Assembly (NCBI GenBank): GCA_002633005.1
Contig: NMRA01000012.1
Coordinates: 2,049,992-2,113,991 of the forward strand
Direction: 5' to 3'
DNA: 64,000 nucleotides
Origin: Phoronis australis
Lineage: Eukaryota > Animalia > Phoronida
Below the pieces are notes generated by a model. The model saw nothing but the letters and a program-made list of their open reading frames with translations. It had not been told where the DNA came from and searched no databases. Below are positions 50,901-63,720 of this stretch, piece after piece (position 1 is the first letter of the stretch; each line of letters begins with the position of its first letter). Both the position numbers and the translations under genes were made by a program.

Positions 50901-53900
50901 GGTGTTATATGAGGGTGGGCTTCTGTTAGAGAAGGAAGCGTCTGTTGGAGAACCAGGCTCTATTAGAAGCTTTACAGAGGTTGTTTGTCACTGCCATTTA
51001 TTATTTGCTCTAGTTTGGGTCCTTTCCTAGGTCATCTTTCAAGCTCACATGTACAATACAGCCAATGAAATCTTTTTGTCTCAAAATTTCTACATGCCCT
51101 CTTCAAAAGATCAAAAGTTTTGGACTCTATGATGAAAACAATTCTGTGTATTTTTCTCATTTTCAGTTTGCCTTTTTTCCAGGAAGACTATGACAGAGAA
51201 GGTATTCCTTGGTCATATACGTCTTTTGTTGACAATCGACCGTGTCTAGAGCTGCTGGAGGGAACCCCTGGAATATTTGCGCTGCTGAATGAAGTAAAAT
51301 TGCGTTCCTTGATTAATGTTTTTGATCTATATGTGTTTTGCTACACGTACAGACCTGCAGTTGTTTTAAGATGTCACACGTGTTGGATATGCCTGCATCA
51401 TACAGTCAAATGTTAGAAATTTTTGGTCTGTAGCTTTTTTACAATTACTTCATTTTCACCTGTAAATGTAGTCTTTGACTGACTTCTACTTGAGGCCAAA
51501 GCGTGATCGTTATGACAAAAGACCAGAGCCAAAACCCTCAAGTCCCCGCTTCACATTAATATCACTGAACATTTCCATTAATTGGTAATGCTGTTAAAAT
51601 AGATGGCGATCATTGATTTACTTAAACGTCTTGTCTAGGAGTGCCAGTTGAACCGGCCATCCTCCGACGACAACTTGGTGCACCGAGTGACCTCCACACT
51701 CCAGTCTAACGCTTGCCTCCGCAAGTCAAAGCCTGCCCTCAGCCATATATCGTTTGTCATTACCCATTATGCTGAGCTTGTGCAATACAGTATCGAAGGT
51801 GTGCTTGATAAGAACAAAGACAATGTGCCCACCGAACTTGTGGATTTGTTGACTTCCAGTACAAACCCATTTGTGGCCGGGCTGTTCTCAAACATCACAC
51901 TGGAACAACCGGGGCGCAAGAAAAAGACCGTTTTATCAAAGTTTAAAGTGAGTTGTGAATGCTTCGAAACAATTTGTTTAGATCAAAAGTTGTGAATTGG
52001 TGTTAGATCAATAAGGTTATTCAGAAAACTAAATTGTGTTTTTTTTCAGGAAACATTGATGACCTCTGGTTGCAAATTGCCTGTTACCTCTAGTCTAAGT
52101 TGCACAATTAGGAAATTGTGTGAAAATGGCAATTTGAAACTATAGCAGCATATTTCCAAGGTAACAAGTTGCTTACAAAGAGAGCTGCGTTGTCTTCCAA
52201 ATGTAATGGAATTTTGATAAGTGTAACCGATCCATTTGGCATGTCACTAGAATTTAATGGGTAAATTAGAACACAAGGTAGACCGTCTGTTATATATTGT
52301 GGTGAGCCTGTGATGTAGACATTTTGCTTATCATGTCGACCTTTACCTGCTGGCACTGCTGCATTTCATTGGTCAGTGTGGGAAGACGGTATTTCACTGC
52401 AGCAAAAGTTGACCTACAGGTTAATGTATTTGCAGCTCCTGAGATTGCTTGTGTGTGTGTTGTATGGTAATGTGTTATACTGTTAGCAGTGATCTATTGG
52501 TATTTTGCAACAGTTGTCTTCTCATCAACAGCATGTCTCTCAGTTTAAAGGGACATTCTCGACAAGAAAAGTAATAAATGGGATGCATATTACTCTAACA
52601 CACAGTAGCAGCCAAAGGCTCTACGGCTTAGCCAAATCTCATGCATTAAAGAGCAGAGTGTTTTAAATGTATAGTATAAGACACCGGTTTTGATTTCAGC
52701 AAATGTCTGGCAGACTACGACGAGAAATGGAAACCTGTAATCAAATAATGATAACACAATGGATTTTGGAGTTTTATAGCTTTGGTCAAAGCTAATAACT
52801 TAAAGATATATATTGATAACGCCACAAAAAGATAATGTCCATTTAGTATGTCAAAAGCTCAGCTTGCATTTGGGTGTCTTCTGTTTTGTTTGAGTACTCG
52901 TCAAGGACACGCGATCGCATCTGGAACATATAGTTTTCTTTGGATTGTTTATCAAACTGCATGAAGGCACTATTCATACAGACGGTTGAATTGCAGTCAT
53001 TTGCTGTGTAACCTCTGACCCTATTGTATTTAATGCAGAGCTGTATGGACCAGTTGATGTCTACTCTGAGCAACACTACGGCACACTATGTACGATGTAT
53101 CAAACCCAACACCAAGTCACAACCAGACCGGTTTGATGATGAATACGTCATGTCTCAGCTGAAAGCATGCGGCGTTACAGAAACTGTGGAAATTGGTCGA
53201 CAAGCCTATCCAGCTAGGTATGTAGACGACTCATGGAGAAGATTGCCTGTGTGCTCTTTCACTTAGATTTATCTTGTACTGTGTGGATTATTTTTCCTCA
53301 GCTGGGTAGATTTTTTGTTTTCTAGTTTGGAAATATCTATAATTGTTTCTTGAATATGAACAGTTAGCTTCTCGGCTCAAATCATAAGTCTTCATAAAGT
53401 AAGAAAAATTATAAGACTGGCCTCAATACAATGCTGTATACTAACTATACAGCTTTGCGTCAATGTGGATAAAAAACTGACCAAATAAAATCTGACAAAA
53501 AACTTGTGTCATTGAAAACTACACTCTTCCTTGAGTAAAATTACCGGTGTTAAAAACATTGGCGTGGAGCGATCTTACGCGTTGGCTTTTGGCACCATAA
53601 AATATAGCATCACTTATGGATAATTTTTTGTGCCAAGGCAAGCTGAGTGTCGGATGACTCACAGATTTTGCATGCACCTCCATTGGTCGTTAGCTCTACC
53701 ATCCGGGCCGTGGGAAATTTTGGGGTCTAACTGAACTCAACACACACCTAGCTGTATTTTGACGATAGTCTTCATACAGCTAGCTGGCTGACTAGAGTGA
53801 CTGCAGCCTTCAAATACATTTAGAAAAGCAAGTGACGCAGAATAATTCCATTGTTGATGTAAATGATGATTGCATTTTAACATTCAGTTAGACTGAATTG

Positions 53901-56900
53901 TCTAAACAGTCGTGGTTGTCATGGCGACATGCCTAAAATGTGAATATTATTATCTATACAAGAAGGAACAACATTCTTATGCATGATGCATTTTGATTTC
54001 TACCATTTTAATTTTATTGATTTTGCCAGTGAAGTCTGTCTACCATATTTTGTACATTCAAGCAGTATACTGTGGTTGGCAACGACATGCAGAAAATTAA
54101 TAATGGTTTGTAAAAATAATGGCACATGACCACCAAACTCAAAAACTGAGAAATCATGTCGCACGAAGTTAGAAAGTTTATTTGGATCTTGCTGTGCGAG
54201 TGGTCAAATTGTCACGTCTCAAGTGAAGTTTGGTGGTCGGAGGCTATCATATTTCTACAGTGGCTGTCGCAATCTTTCAGGATAAAGTACTCGGATTTCC
54301 TCCATCGCTACGGTGTGTTGATACGTGCGAGTACACCGACAGAACACGATGAAGGTAGTAATAAAGAGAATGAGGGTGACCTGAGTTCTGATAACTTGTT
54401 GGATGTGGTCCTGAGGAAGAATGGGAGGTCATCAGGTCTGAAGAAGGGCACACCCAAGAAGAAACTTCGCAGGAGAGCTGGTGAGACGGTGGTGGGTGGG
54501 CTGTGGGATTTGTTACAGATCTTTTGTGATACTCAAAAATGGAGGATGGCGTAGAAACCGCAAACTAGTCGAGCCATGTGAGACTCGCGTGACGCCTGCC
54601 CTTAGAGCAATGAGTTGACATGTTTCTTTGTAGTGCTGCAGGGCTTGACAAGCAAGTAAATGCTCAAAAATACGAGTGGAAAATTCACCTCACCCTTAGA
54701 ACTCATACAGGCACTGAGCAGACGTTTTTTTTTATTGCTGCAGTTGCCAGTAGTTGATCTCCGACTGTGGACCCGGCGATCGTTCTCCATGACCTGTTTT
54801 GTAAGATTGCACATGCTCTTAATCTTAATAATTGCAATTTAAACATTCAATTTGAGGGCAATAATTCCCTGGCAAGCCTGAAAATTGAGGTGCGGCCGAT
54901 TAACTGCTGAGGCAGAGAGTCGCTCTGGTAATACATGACCTTTGAAACTGAAGTAAACTGATTCTAAATTCAAAAGATTTCCCATATCCATAAGGCTTGT
55001 TGCCGACGCAGATGTTATATAGATGCTCCCTAACTAACTCAAAAAATTGAAAAACCTGTCCAAAATTTTCTTTCAAATTCGGAAAATACGAGTGCAAATA
55101 TGCCATCATTTGTATTTTCGAGTGGAAATTTTCACCTGTGTAGAGTGCTGCCCTATTTTGTATATTTTAACATAAATCTCATATGTGCCTGTTTTCAGTA
55201 ACTTTCAATGTCAAAGACAATAACGTTCAAATTAAAACACCTATTGTTGCAATAATGGCCTCACGTAGTGCCACATGCTTAGATCAAATCTACACGCATA
55301 CTATTACTGGATACAGCTACGGTTCATGTCGAAATAAATGTTTATAAGCAGTAATACAGCACATGAGAAAAGACCCCTGTTAGTGAGAACACCTGTTCAT
55401 TCACCGCTAGTTACTGTAGTTTTGTTTCACATCCCAGTGTTCACCTTTGCTCTATCCTGTGTGCAGGGTTTTCTAGTGCTGATCACTCACGTCGACTCTG
55501 TTCAGCCATTGTCACCTCAGTGTTTGGCAAGCAACCCAGAGATGACCCATCAGGGCACAAAATGGGTCGCACAAAGATCTTCCTGAGAGACGGTCAGGTA
55601 ATGAAGACTGTATTCACAGTAGTTACCTTTGAATGGTTTCTTGGTAACAATCATAAGACGGGAGTTCTTTTTGTGGGAAAATCTCATGGAAAATTGTGAA
55701 TTCTAGCGAACTTGTAGAAAATGAATATGCAATATGAGTGGCAACTATTAGAGTTTGTTCGAGTTTCTTGGTGAGAAGATGTAGCTCACTGTTTTAGAAC
55801 CATGTTATTTGGTTATCTTGCTCACCGATGATACTTTAGGAAAAGTATTCAGACAAAATGATCAGAAATTCCCCATCGTGACTTACGGGCAGAAGCCGAA
55901 TTTATCATAAGAGTAGTCTTCTCTCATGACCAATGTAAGGGAAATAACTGGAAAATTAGCAAGCTGGCTCAGCCATTCTGTAATTAGAATTTTACTGGCA
56001 TGGTAGCTATTGATAGTCACTTTTGGTCTTGACAGAATTAGCTGTTATGACGAGGAAAAGATATTTTTTGTCTTATTTTTGTCATGTACTGTATAAGCTG
56101 ACAATGATTCTCATCATCAATTAAAATATTGGTGCTTTTATTTGATATCTTGGCCTGAAACTAATATCACATGAGTGAATGCTCTACACTTATTTCAGTT
56201 GGAGATGCTGGAGTCTGCTCGTGTTAAGGTGCTCAGTAAACAGGCGTTCACAATACAGTGTGCTTGGAGGAGGTATCGCAGTAGGGTGCGACAAGAACAA
56301 AAGATGGTGCTCGCTGCTCGGGTCTTACAAGCAGGTAATACGGCTTAACCAGGTGTGTGTAAGACTAGTTAATACCTTGTGTTTGGTGAGATTGTGCATT
56401 ACAAACTGAGCAAGTGATCTGAATCTTGAGTAACTAGCGTTATTAGCATTTATTTAATGAACGTACTCGTAGACAGTGATGAGTGTCACAATGCCTGCTA
56501 TGGCAGTGGAAATGTGTTTGGATTTAATTTGTTTGTTTGTTTGATAACATACTTGTGCAACTGAATAGTTTCAGTGAAAATATACACATTAAAAAATAAC
56601 TGGATATCTGGAATATTAACTAAAGTAAATAAGAACATGCATGCTACCAGGGATGCATTGTGTGGATGCAGGACATTCGCAAGACACAGCAGGAAGAATT
56701 AATTATAGAATGGAAACCATGAATATAATGCCTATAACTAAACATTACAGACTTACCGATCAATCACTTCAGTGGCAGCCATTTTGTTAGTTTGCGCTTG
56801 TAAGATCTCAAGCTTACCTACAAAACACTTGCCTTTCACTCGCACGTGTGTTCTCAAAACAAACTTAATTCCAAGAAAATTGGATTAGCTAAAGATAAAT

Positions 56901-58537
56901 CTTAAATTTCAGTCAATTTTAAGATAAAACTTTAATTTGTCTCAAGTCTGCTTCAAGAAAGAGATCTTGAGTTTTTGACTTAAAAGTCAAAAATGAACTT
57001 AAGTCAGTTTCTTGGAACGGGCCTCAGGCTAAAAGCTTTTCCAAAATAACTTATTTTGAACACTTATTCATTTGCTAGCTATTTTGGAAGTTCACATCTT
57101 ACAAAGCAATGGATTGAAACTAGGTTTTAAGAGATATGAGTTAAATATCCATCATTGTTGTCTGACCTTCATTTACTTGACCATTTCCAGCCTTTAGAAA
57201 GTGGCTGAAGCATCGTAACAGGCAACAAGAAATGAAATCCGCGGCGCTTGTCATTGAGCGGGGCTACATGGCATACAGAGAGAGGATTGCACTGAGGAGA
57301 CATGTGCTGGAGCTGTCCTTGCAGAATCGAAGGTGGAGTAGTGAGGAGGCGAGTCGCAGCATGTCACATGATCAGTCATGTGATCAGTGTCACGATCGTG
57401 TAGTGTCTGTCAACGCCTGTATAAATTTTGTGGGAGTGTCCGACTTGAACTGTGATAAACAAGATGTGTCGTCTTCTTATCGGTATGTCACTGGGAGGAA
57501 CACTTCAAGTTGTGCTGAAATAAATGGAGTGAAGGACAAGCAGTTAACGTGTGGCATATTGTCTAGCAGGAGAGTAACACCAGCCACACTACCCAAACCC
57601 AACAGATGTCGCTCTGGTAATAAAGGTACAGTGTCTTCTGTGGACAGGGTCTTGCAACAACTGAGGAATGGTGGTGCCTGCCTGACATACAAGCACTTGC
57701 ATTTTCTGGAGGCGAGAGATGGCGTTTTGTCACGAAGACATGTCTTTGAGGTAAATTTTACATATTTGACGATGCAAACTTCTGTAATTCAGTCATAGTA
57801 CTGATGTGAAGTGAGGATTCTGTTTTGATAATCTGTTCTATTCTGTTTGACTACCGTACCTGAGAATGGTATTTGCCCAATATCAAAATGTCGTTCATGC
57901 ACTTGTTCTGTAATTTTTGTTTTTCAACTTGCATATGAATCTCAAATTGTCCATCAAGTTTGAATTAAAATAGCTGGTTCTCAAAATGTGGCCAAGTTTT
58001 ATCCGACTATTGCCGAAACCTTTTCCAAAATGCATTTTTTCCTCAACACAACCAGGTGTTTGTCAGTGAATATGTGTGCAGCTGATTTGTGTTTGCGCAA
58101 AATTAAGTTTTCCGTGCATCTGGATGACTTCATTAGTGTGCATGTTGCTAGTTTTATGAATGACTCAGGTGGTCCGTTGACTTGGTGGTCAGTGTAAAAG
58201 AGCGATTGTCTGATGGCCTTGGCAGTGAAAAAAATAAAAATCTTTTCGATTTACCTTCGCAGTGTGCCATGTAATTTTAGACGTTTTTGAGAACATTCTA
58301 TTTACCCAATTGTGTAATTTTTTCTGTCCCTATTTGCTATACGTAAGGGCATTCAGATCCGCAAATAACTAACCGATTGCATTATTTTTTTAGGGCAAAG
58401 TGAGATTCCACACCAAAGTGAACAACATTCTGACGTATGGTCACCTGGCTAATCGCATAGACTACCAATGCAGTATAACCGATTGTCTGAGTGCTACGGA
58501 TATTTACAGACTGCAGAAGGAGAGACCAGTCTATTAG
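32926..58537 (+). CDS. MYO19: Unconventional myosin XIX (mitochondria-associated myosin), ~1034 aa, 19 exons
   Basis: Exons 32926-32988, 41025-41118, 41775-41920, 42773-42886, 43694-43820, 44810-44879, 46194-46296, 47121-47190, 48179-48349, 49178-49432, 50566-50687, 51183-51293, 51639-51947, 53039-53217, 54281-54480, 55467-55597, 56199-56334, 57191-57750, 58394-58537. Phases are consistent and the total is 3105 nt. Motifs: P-loop GESGAGKT, switch [10 protein letters not shown], switch II DIYGFE, class-19-like [25 protein letters not shown] and [16 protein letters not shown], three IQ motifs, and a short tail with [15 protein letters not shown]. Exons 1 and 8 are the least certain. Confidence 0.9.
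33272..33840. mobile_element. Foldback element (~570-bp imperfect palindrome) in MYO19 intron 1
   Basis: The left arm (cagtagagacggtgtagct..gcttcatacactggaa..atgtctttaattccttccaactc..ctcccgttatcaaa) is the reverse complement of the right arm (tttgataatgggag..gagttggaaggaattaaagacat..ttccagcgtatgaagc..agctacgccgtccctactg). Confidence 0.75.
35443..35511. mobile_element. hAT-like element end; inverted homologue at ~45660-45720
   Basis: gggaaccccattttggacaccctatttttgaaatcctgga..ccctg versus tccaagatttcaaaaaatagggcgttcaaaatgggtttccc. Confidence 0.45.
37160..39260 (-). mobile_element. Decayed retroelement-like sequence in MYO19 intron 1
   Basis: The minus strand is A-rich. ORFs 37952-37464 and 37418-37161 share a frame and are separated by one stop. 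The distal part ([33 protein letters not shown]) loosely resembles the DIRS/Ngaro RT segment before YLDD. CAAGATGGCGG occurs at ~39015-39025. Confidence 0.35.
45352..45435 (+). repeat. Interspersed repeat; second copy at 56761-56845
   Basis: caatcacttc(t/a)gtggc(t/a)gccattttgttagttt...ctttcactc is shared between the copies. Confidence 0.6.
46742..46805. repeat. (TTTG)16 microsatellite
   Basis: Read directly from the sequence. Confidence 0.97.
47725..47883 (-). mobile_element. tRNA-derived SINE
   Basis: Minus strand has an A-box-like gaggcctagaggg, B-box ggttctaatccc, a short body and an A-rich tail aataaaacaaaaacaaaaaa. Confidence 0.6.
50745..50976. mobile_element. pogo/Tigger-like MITE
   Basis: taccataaagcttcttatagtagcc ... 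ggctctattagaagctttaca imperfect inverted termini. Confidence 0.55.
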
Positions 58538-61500
58538 TGATCTGCGGTCTGAAGTATTGCAACACAATGGCTACCTTTTCCTAACTACTACTCGCAAAAA
58601 GTTAATTTATTTCAAGGGAAAAGTGAATAGATGTGGTCTTGCTTCAAGGTGCTCTATTAAACAACAACCAAGAATTACATGTGTCAAGTGGCAAATCAGT
58701 TAATCTACTGAAACAGCATTTGAAAGTGGCCGGTCATGTGACGTGCATTGCAAGTGAAACTATCTAAGCAGGTTAAGTAGTCAAGTTCGACCTCATTTGG
58801 TTCACTTAGAATGAACTAGAGTAATCTGAGCTTACATAATTGGCCAACCCAGTGAATGTTGTCAGGGTATATGTACTACCTACCGCTTCAGCACTATAAA
58901 TATGACAAGGGTAATAGTCACATTTTGATAACCAGTTTTCTCCACTGAATAACATGTATGGAACTGGTTCTCAAAATCTGGAACCCCTGTAAGCAACTAT
59001 TGCCTTGCGAGCATGTTGCCAAGTGACTCTCATATTACAGGATCAATTAATCTATTAACAGAGCTGTGTAGAATGCTGCAATGCTGTGAATGTTGTCAGT
59101 CTATTGCCAGGTAATGTTCTCTGACTATGGGTTAAATTATTGTGACCTCAGGACAGCCGCATTGTTTTTTGTACCCATTTCTCAGATGCTGTTGGTTATA
59201 GTGACACCAAGAACAGTGGCTAATGTCAAAGTTCACCAACTTAAAATTTGAAGATATGAAGCTGTCAGCAGAGGAACTACCAACAGAGGCAGACTGTGAT
59301 CTCTTCTCATCCACAGTGCAAAGCCAGGAAACAAATGCTAACTGAATGCATTACAAATTCTAAGTTTCTCCAAGTTTTTAAGTGTTTTTAAAGATAGTAC
59401 GTTTTCAGTTTTTGGTCCCGATGGAAACACAGCTTCAGTCTTCGTGGTTGAAGCAATAGTTTTAGAGGTTTGCGTGACTGTTAAATGGAGATCATGTGTG
59501 CTGGTATTAATTAATGTTAAGTATTTGGCAGAAGCTACTTCAATTTCAAAGCCAATTGTTCATCGTGTACACAACTGACAGGTGTCCGCATTAGCCCCTA
59601 TAGTACATCAGAAGCCTTAAGAGTTACTTTTCTCTCAATCATCAAAAGTCACTATCCCGTAATTTCCTCCCATATTCAAAAGTTAAGTCGAAAGACCTGC
59701 CAATGTCATGTGGCTGCAAAGCTGAAATCCTCTTGTGGTTTGCAAGACCTCGTACTGGTTTTCCTCATGCTTGGCTATACACCGTATGCAAGTTACATAA
59801 CAGGTTGGGAGATTTTGTCCCACTTCCTCCGATTGGTTGGTGATCTATTCTTCCAACTCTGCCAAATGCTTCGGGCATCACAACTTTTTCGTATTTTTTA
59901 TTAGTTTTAACATTGACTATTAAATTTGGAAGAGCTGGGTCAACTGCAGATGTATTAATTGGCGTATGGGAGGCCACCTGTCGGGGAGCAACACCAGAGA
60001 ATGCCAGCATAGGTGAGAATTTGTCAGCATATCGTGTAGCAAGGGAAAGTGAACGTTGACATGATGCAACTGGACTGCTGTGTCGCGTGCAGATGTGGCA
60101 AGTCTTACTGTTAAAGGGAAAGTCAATTTTAAGTGTATGAAAGCTAGTTGAGACTCGTCATTTTCCAAGATGGTTCGTTTACCAAGGATTAGAACAAGTC
60201 TGGTCTGTGATTTATGTTATGTGTGGCCCATACATTCAGGGCATTTTGCTTTAAAATGTTGCAAAATTTCAATATGTTTTTCAGTGCATTCATACAATAT
60301 GGCCTTCACAGGATTTATTTGTATCCTTACCACGTTTTATAGATTTGTAATATAAATGCATGGGTACCTTGTTCAATAGGTTTCATTATTTATAGTGTCT
60401 GTGCCATATTCTCTACAAGTCGCACATTAACTCTTCTTAATTATATATCTATGGTTATATGAGGACTTTCATGGAGTGTTCTGTACCTCTTTCACTCAAA
60501 TAAATAGAGAAAAATTTTATTTGTCGATTTAAGTTCACATGCCCAACCATGTGCTATTCCAGTCAAAGACAATATTTAAAGTAGCATTTCACACTGCTTT
60601 AAATAGCTGGCTAAAATTGAATTGGGCCTTTCTGGTCTCATAAAATCGGTCTTAAAATTTTCTATTTCCGTTACCAACAAGAACATCAAAACTATTTATA
60701 GAATCAAAAAAAAAACACTTCAGACTATAGTGTTCGCCAATCCTAAAATTACGAATTTGAAAATGGCAATGATTAAATAGGGCAACACTGTTAACAGGAC
60801 TCTTGATCTCAACATTTTAAACACCGAGACCCTGTCTAGGGTAGAAATAACAAACAAAAACATAATTGAAATGTCATTTAATTTAAAATAAACATAGGAA
60901 GTTAAATACATTGATAAACATGTACTTAGGGATCATGTTTAAATACACTGCATCAAAAATATTCCAGTTAGGCTGGCACGAAGTGATTAACAGATATCAT
61001 TTCTTGCCATCTACATACCAAATTGGACTTAATGTACACAGCATCCAGTGTATAGGCAATAATAGTTCACATGCATTTCGTCTTAGATGCCACAGTGTAA
61101 TTTGTCACCGTTTCTTTACAAGAGACACACGGGGTAATTTTTTAAAGATTTAATGAAGGAGACTTGCTTTCAAGCAGTCAGTTTCAAAAGAATCTGGTAC
61201 GTCAGTAGAAAAAAGAGTAGGCAACAAACTAATATTTACCAGCTGCTGCTTCATGAGGAAAGGTCACTTATAGATTACCAACAGAAAACAGTTCATCAAC
61301 ACAGTGTTTGTACCTTTCTACGAACAGAACCTTTACTTTATCAGTGCCACCTAGTGAATTTCCAGTTCCTATTGCACAACAAAAGAGCATTAGGCTTACC
61401 CTGGCTGTCAATTCAAAGGCCACCGTATAGGTTGAGTTTCAACATGAAAGGCACAAATGCTTTTGAAGAAATATTCCTGTGGTCAGTTTCACGGAGCTCA

Positions 61501-61839
61501 GTCTCAGTCTGAAGATCACTCATAGGTCAAGGTTCATCATGCTGAGTAACAAAGATAAAGCAGGCCTAAAACTGCTCAACTAACCCAGACGAAGAGAAAC
61601 TACTTCATTTGGAAACGATATCAAAAATAGGTAAGAGACGCACCTCAGTTCAAGTTTAAACAAAAAAATTGTGAAACAAGACAACAACTAGTCTCAAATG
61701 AACTGTTCTCATAAATAAGGTATCGTAAAACAGGCGGACGAGGTCCTATACACCCTCCTCAGTATGTCTCACTGGCTGCTGACCTACTGCTGACGATCAG
61801 ACAACAAGACCCATCTACAATTGTATCATCATCTCATGG

Positions 61840-63179
61840 TTAACTTGACCCTTTCTGTTTCTTTAGTTTTTTCATCTCCCTGTCGTATTCATTCCTTTTC
61901 TCAGTCAATCGTTTTACCTGAAACCAACATTCATTGAATATTAATGATACTAGCCTTTAGCCACAGTACCGTCAAGCACTTAAAAATAACGATGAAAACG
62001 TACAAATTCATGGTAAAAGACAGGATTTTGTTTTAACACTAAAACATCTTCAGGTGATTACAGGTTGAACACAGAATGTTCAGAGATCAGTTAAACCACG
62101 CAAGATATATAAACAGGGGTTCTTATCAAATTCATATGAATTTCTACAAAAATCCTTAATGATAAATTGCCAATAAGCTGATTGCTGAGGCGCCCTCCCT
62201 GTCATAACATACCTCCTGGGCTTTCCTCTTCTTTGAGTGCATAATCTTGTTGTAGAGTCGTTTCTTCTTTTTAGGAATCATCATCTCCGCCAGCCTTCTC
62301 TCCTCATCTTGTTGTTTCTTAAGTTTGCGCCCCACGTCCTCACGTTCCACAGTACCCTGCTCCACTGACATGCTGCTTGTGTTCAATGACTGAAATACAA
62401 TAAATAATGGGACGTACAAACACGCACACATCTACACTGGTGTTCAGAGGTCCACAGAGGAAAATGCACAGGTTTGCTTGTTGTCAGTAGATCTGGGCAC
62501 GTGAGTCCTACCCAGACACAATGTACCCATTAACAAGATACGTGACACAACCCTAATCCTACGCACACTCATTCACCCTTAATCCAACTAAGATATATCA
62601 CTAAGACCAAAACTTGCTCAAGGATACAAGGCTCAGCCATAATCACAATAGTTACATCGTTCAAATGGAAAAAAAACGTTAGACTACACCGGGACCCAGA
62701 CTGTAAGAGGCATGACTCCACCCTAACCGAAGTAAAAAAAATAAACAGCTTATCCCTAATCAAATTCGAAAACAAAGGGCTCAATCCAACCCGAACCTGA
62801 AGACTCAAGACTTAGTCCTGTGCCAACTTGAAAACATAGGCCTCAATCCCACTTTACTTGAAGATACATGGCCCAATCCCACCCAAATTGAAGACAAATC
62901 ATATTGAACAACCCTGTCCCAACATGAAGGCACATGAACCAACCCTAGCCCAACATGAAGACATGTCGACAAATCCCAATCAACTCTGAAGCATGTGGAA
63001 CTATCCCAACCCAATTTGAAAATACAAAGTTCAATTACACATGACTCAACACCAACCCAACTCGAATACACATAGCTCTTCTATAAACTTATGTTAAAGC
63101 ACATGGCTTTGTACCTTGCTTTCATCAGCTTTCCTCTTGTTACGCTTGACTGGTGTTTTCTCTTCAGCCTCACTGTCTT
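61840..63179 (-). CDS. PES1: Pescadillo homolog (PeBoW complex, 60S biogenesis), last three coding exons; gene continues beyond the window end
   Basis: Exons (minus) 63179-63115 (EDSEAEEKTPVKRNKRKADESK), 62389-62213 (SMSVEQGTVERED..QDEERRLAEMMIPKKKKRLYNKIMHSKKRKAQE) and 61917-61840 (VKRLTEKRNEYD...GSS*). Introns are GT-AG and in phase. The EERRLAxMMxxKKxKxLYxKIM motif is characteristic of the pescadillo C-terminus. Confidence 0.88.
62750..63073. repeat. Highly degenerate ~30-bp tandem repeat in a PES1 intron
   Basis: Recurring ccaac(t/a)tgaa(g/a)a...aatcccac units. Confidence 0.65.
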
Positions 63180-63205
63180 CTGAAAACACAACAAATGTAT
63201 GTAAG

Positions 63206-63720
63206 ATGTTAGGCAAACACTATGAACACACAGCATATGTCGGATGTTAGGCAAACACTATGAACACACAGCATATGTCGGATGTTAGGCAAACACTATG
63301 AACACACAGCATATGTCAAATGTTAGGCAAACACTATGAACACACAGCATATGTCAAATGTTAGGCAAACACTATGAACACACAGCATATGTCAAATGTT
63401 AGGCAAACACTATGAACACACAGCATATGTCAAATGTTAGGCAAACACTATGAACACACAGCATATGTCAAATGTTAGGCAAACACTATGAACACACAGC
63501 ATATGTCAAATGTTAGGCAAACACTATGAACACACAGCATATGTCAAATGTTAGGCAAACACTATGAACACACAGCATATGTCAAATGTTAGGCAAACAC
63601 TATGAACACACAGCACATGTCAAATGTTAGGCAAACACTATGAACAAACAGCACATGTCAAATGTTAGGCAAACACTCTGAACACACAGCATATGTCAGA
63701 TGTTAGGCAAACACTATGAA
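63206..63720. repeat. 38-bp minisatellite, ~13.5 copies, in a PES1 intron
   Basis: Unit atgttaggcaaacactatgaacacacagcatatgtcaa, head-to-tail with no spacers. Confidence 0.96.

Noticed and set aside
10199-58393. U12-type introns
   Set aside because: No modelled donor matches RTATCCTT; all are U2-type (one probable GC-AG).
59101-59345. Additional MYO19 coding exon
   Set aside because: The frame already terminates at 58537 with a conserved tail motif; there is no homology or clean splice support, so this is treated as 3' UTR.
63206-63720. CRISPR array
   Set aside because: The 38-bp units are contiguous with no unique spacers, intronic in a eukaryotic gene, and there are no cas genes.
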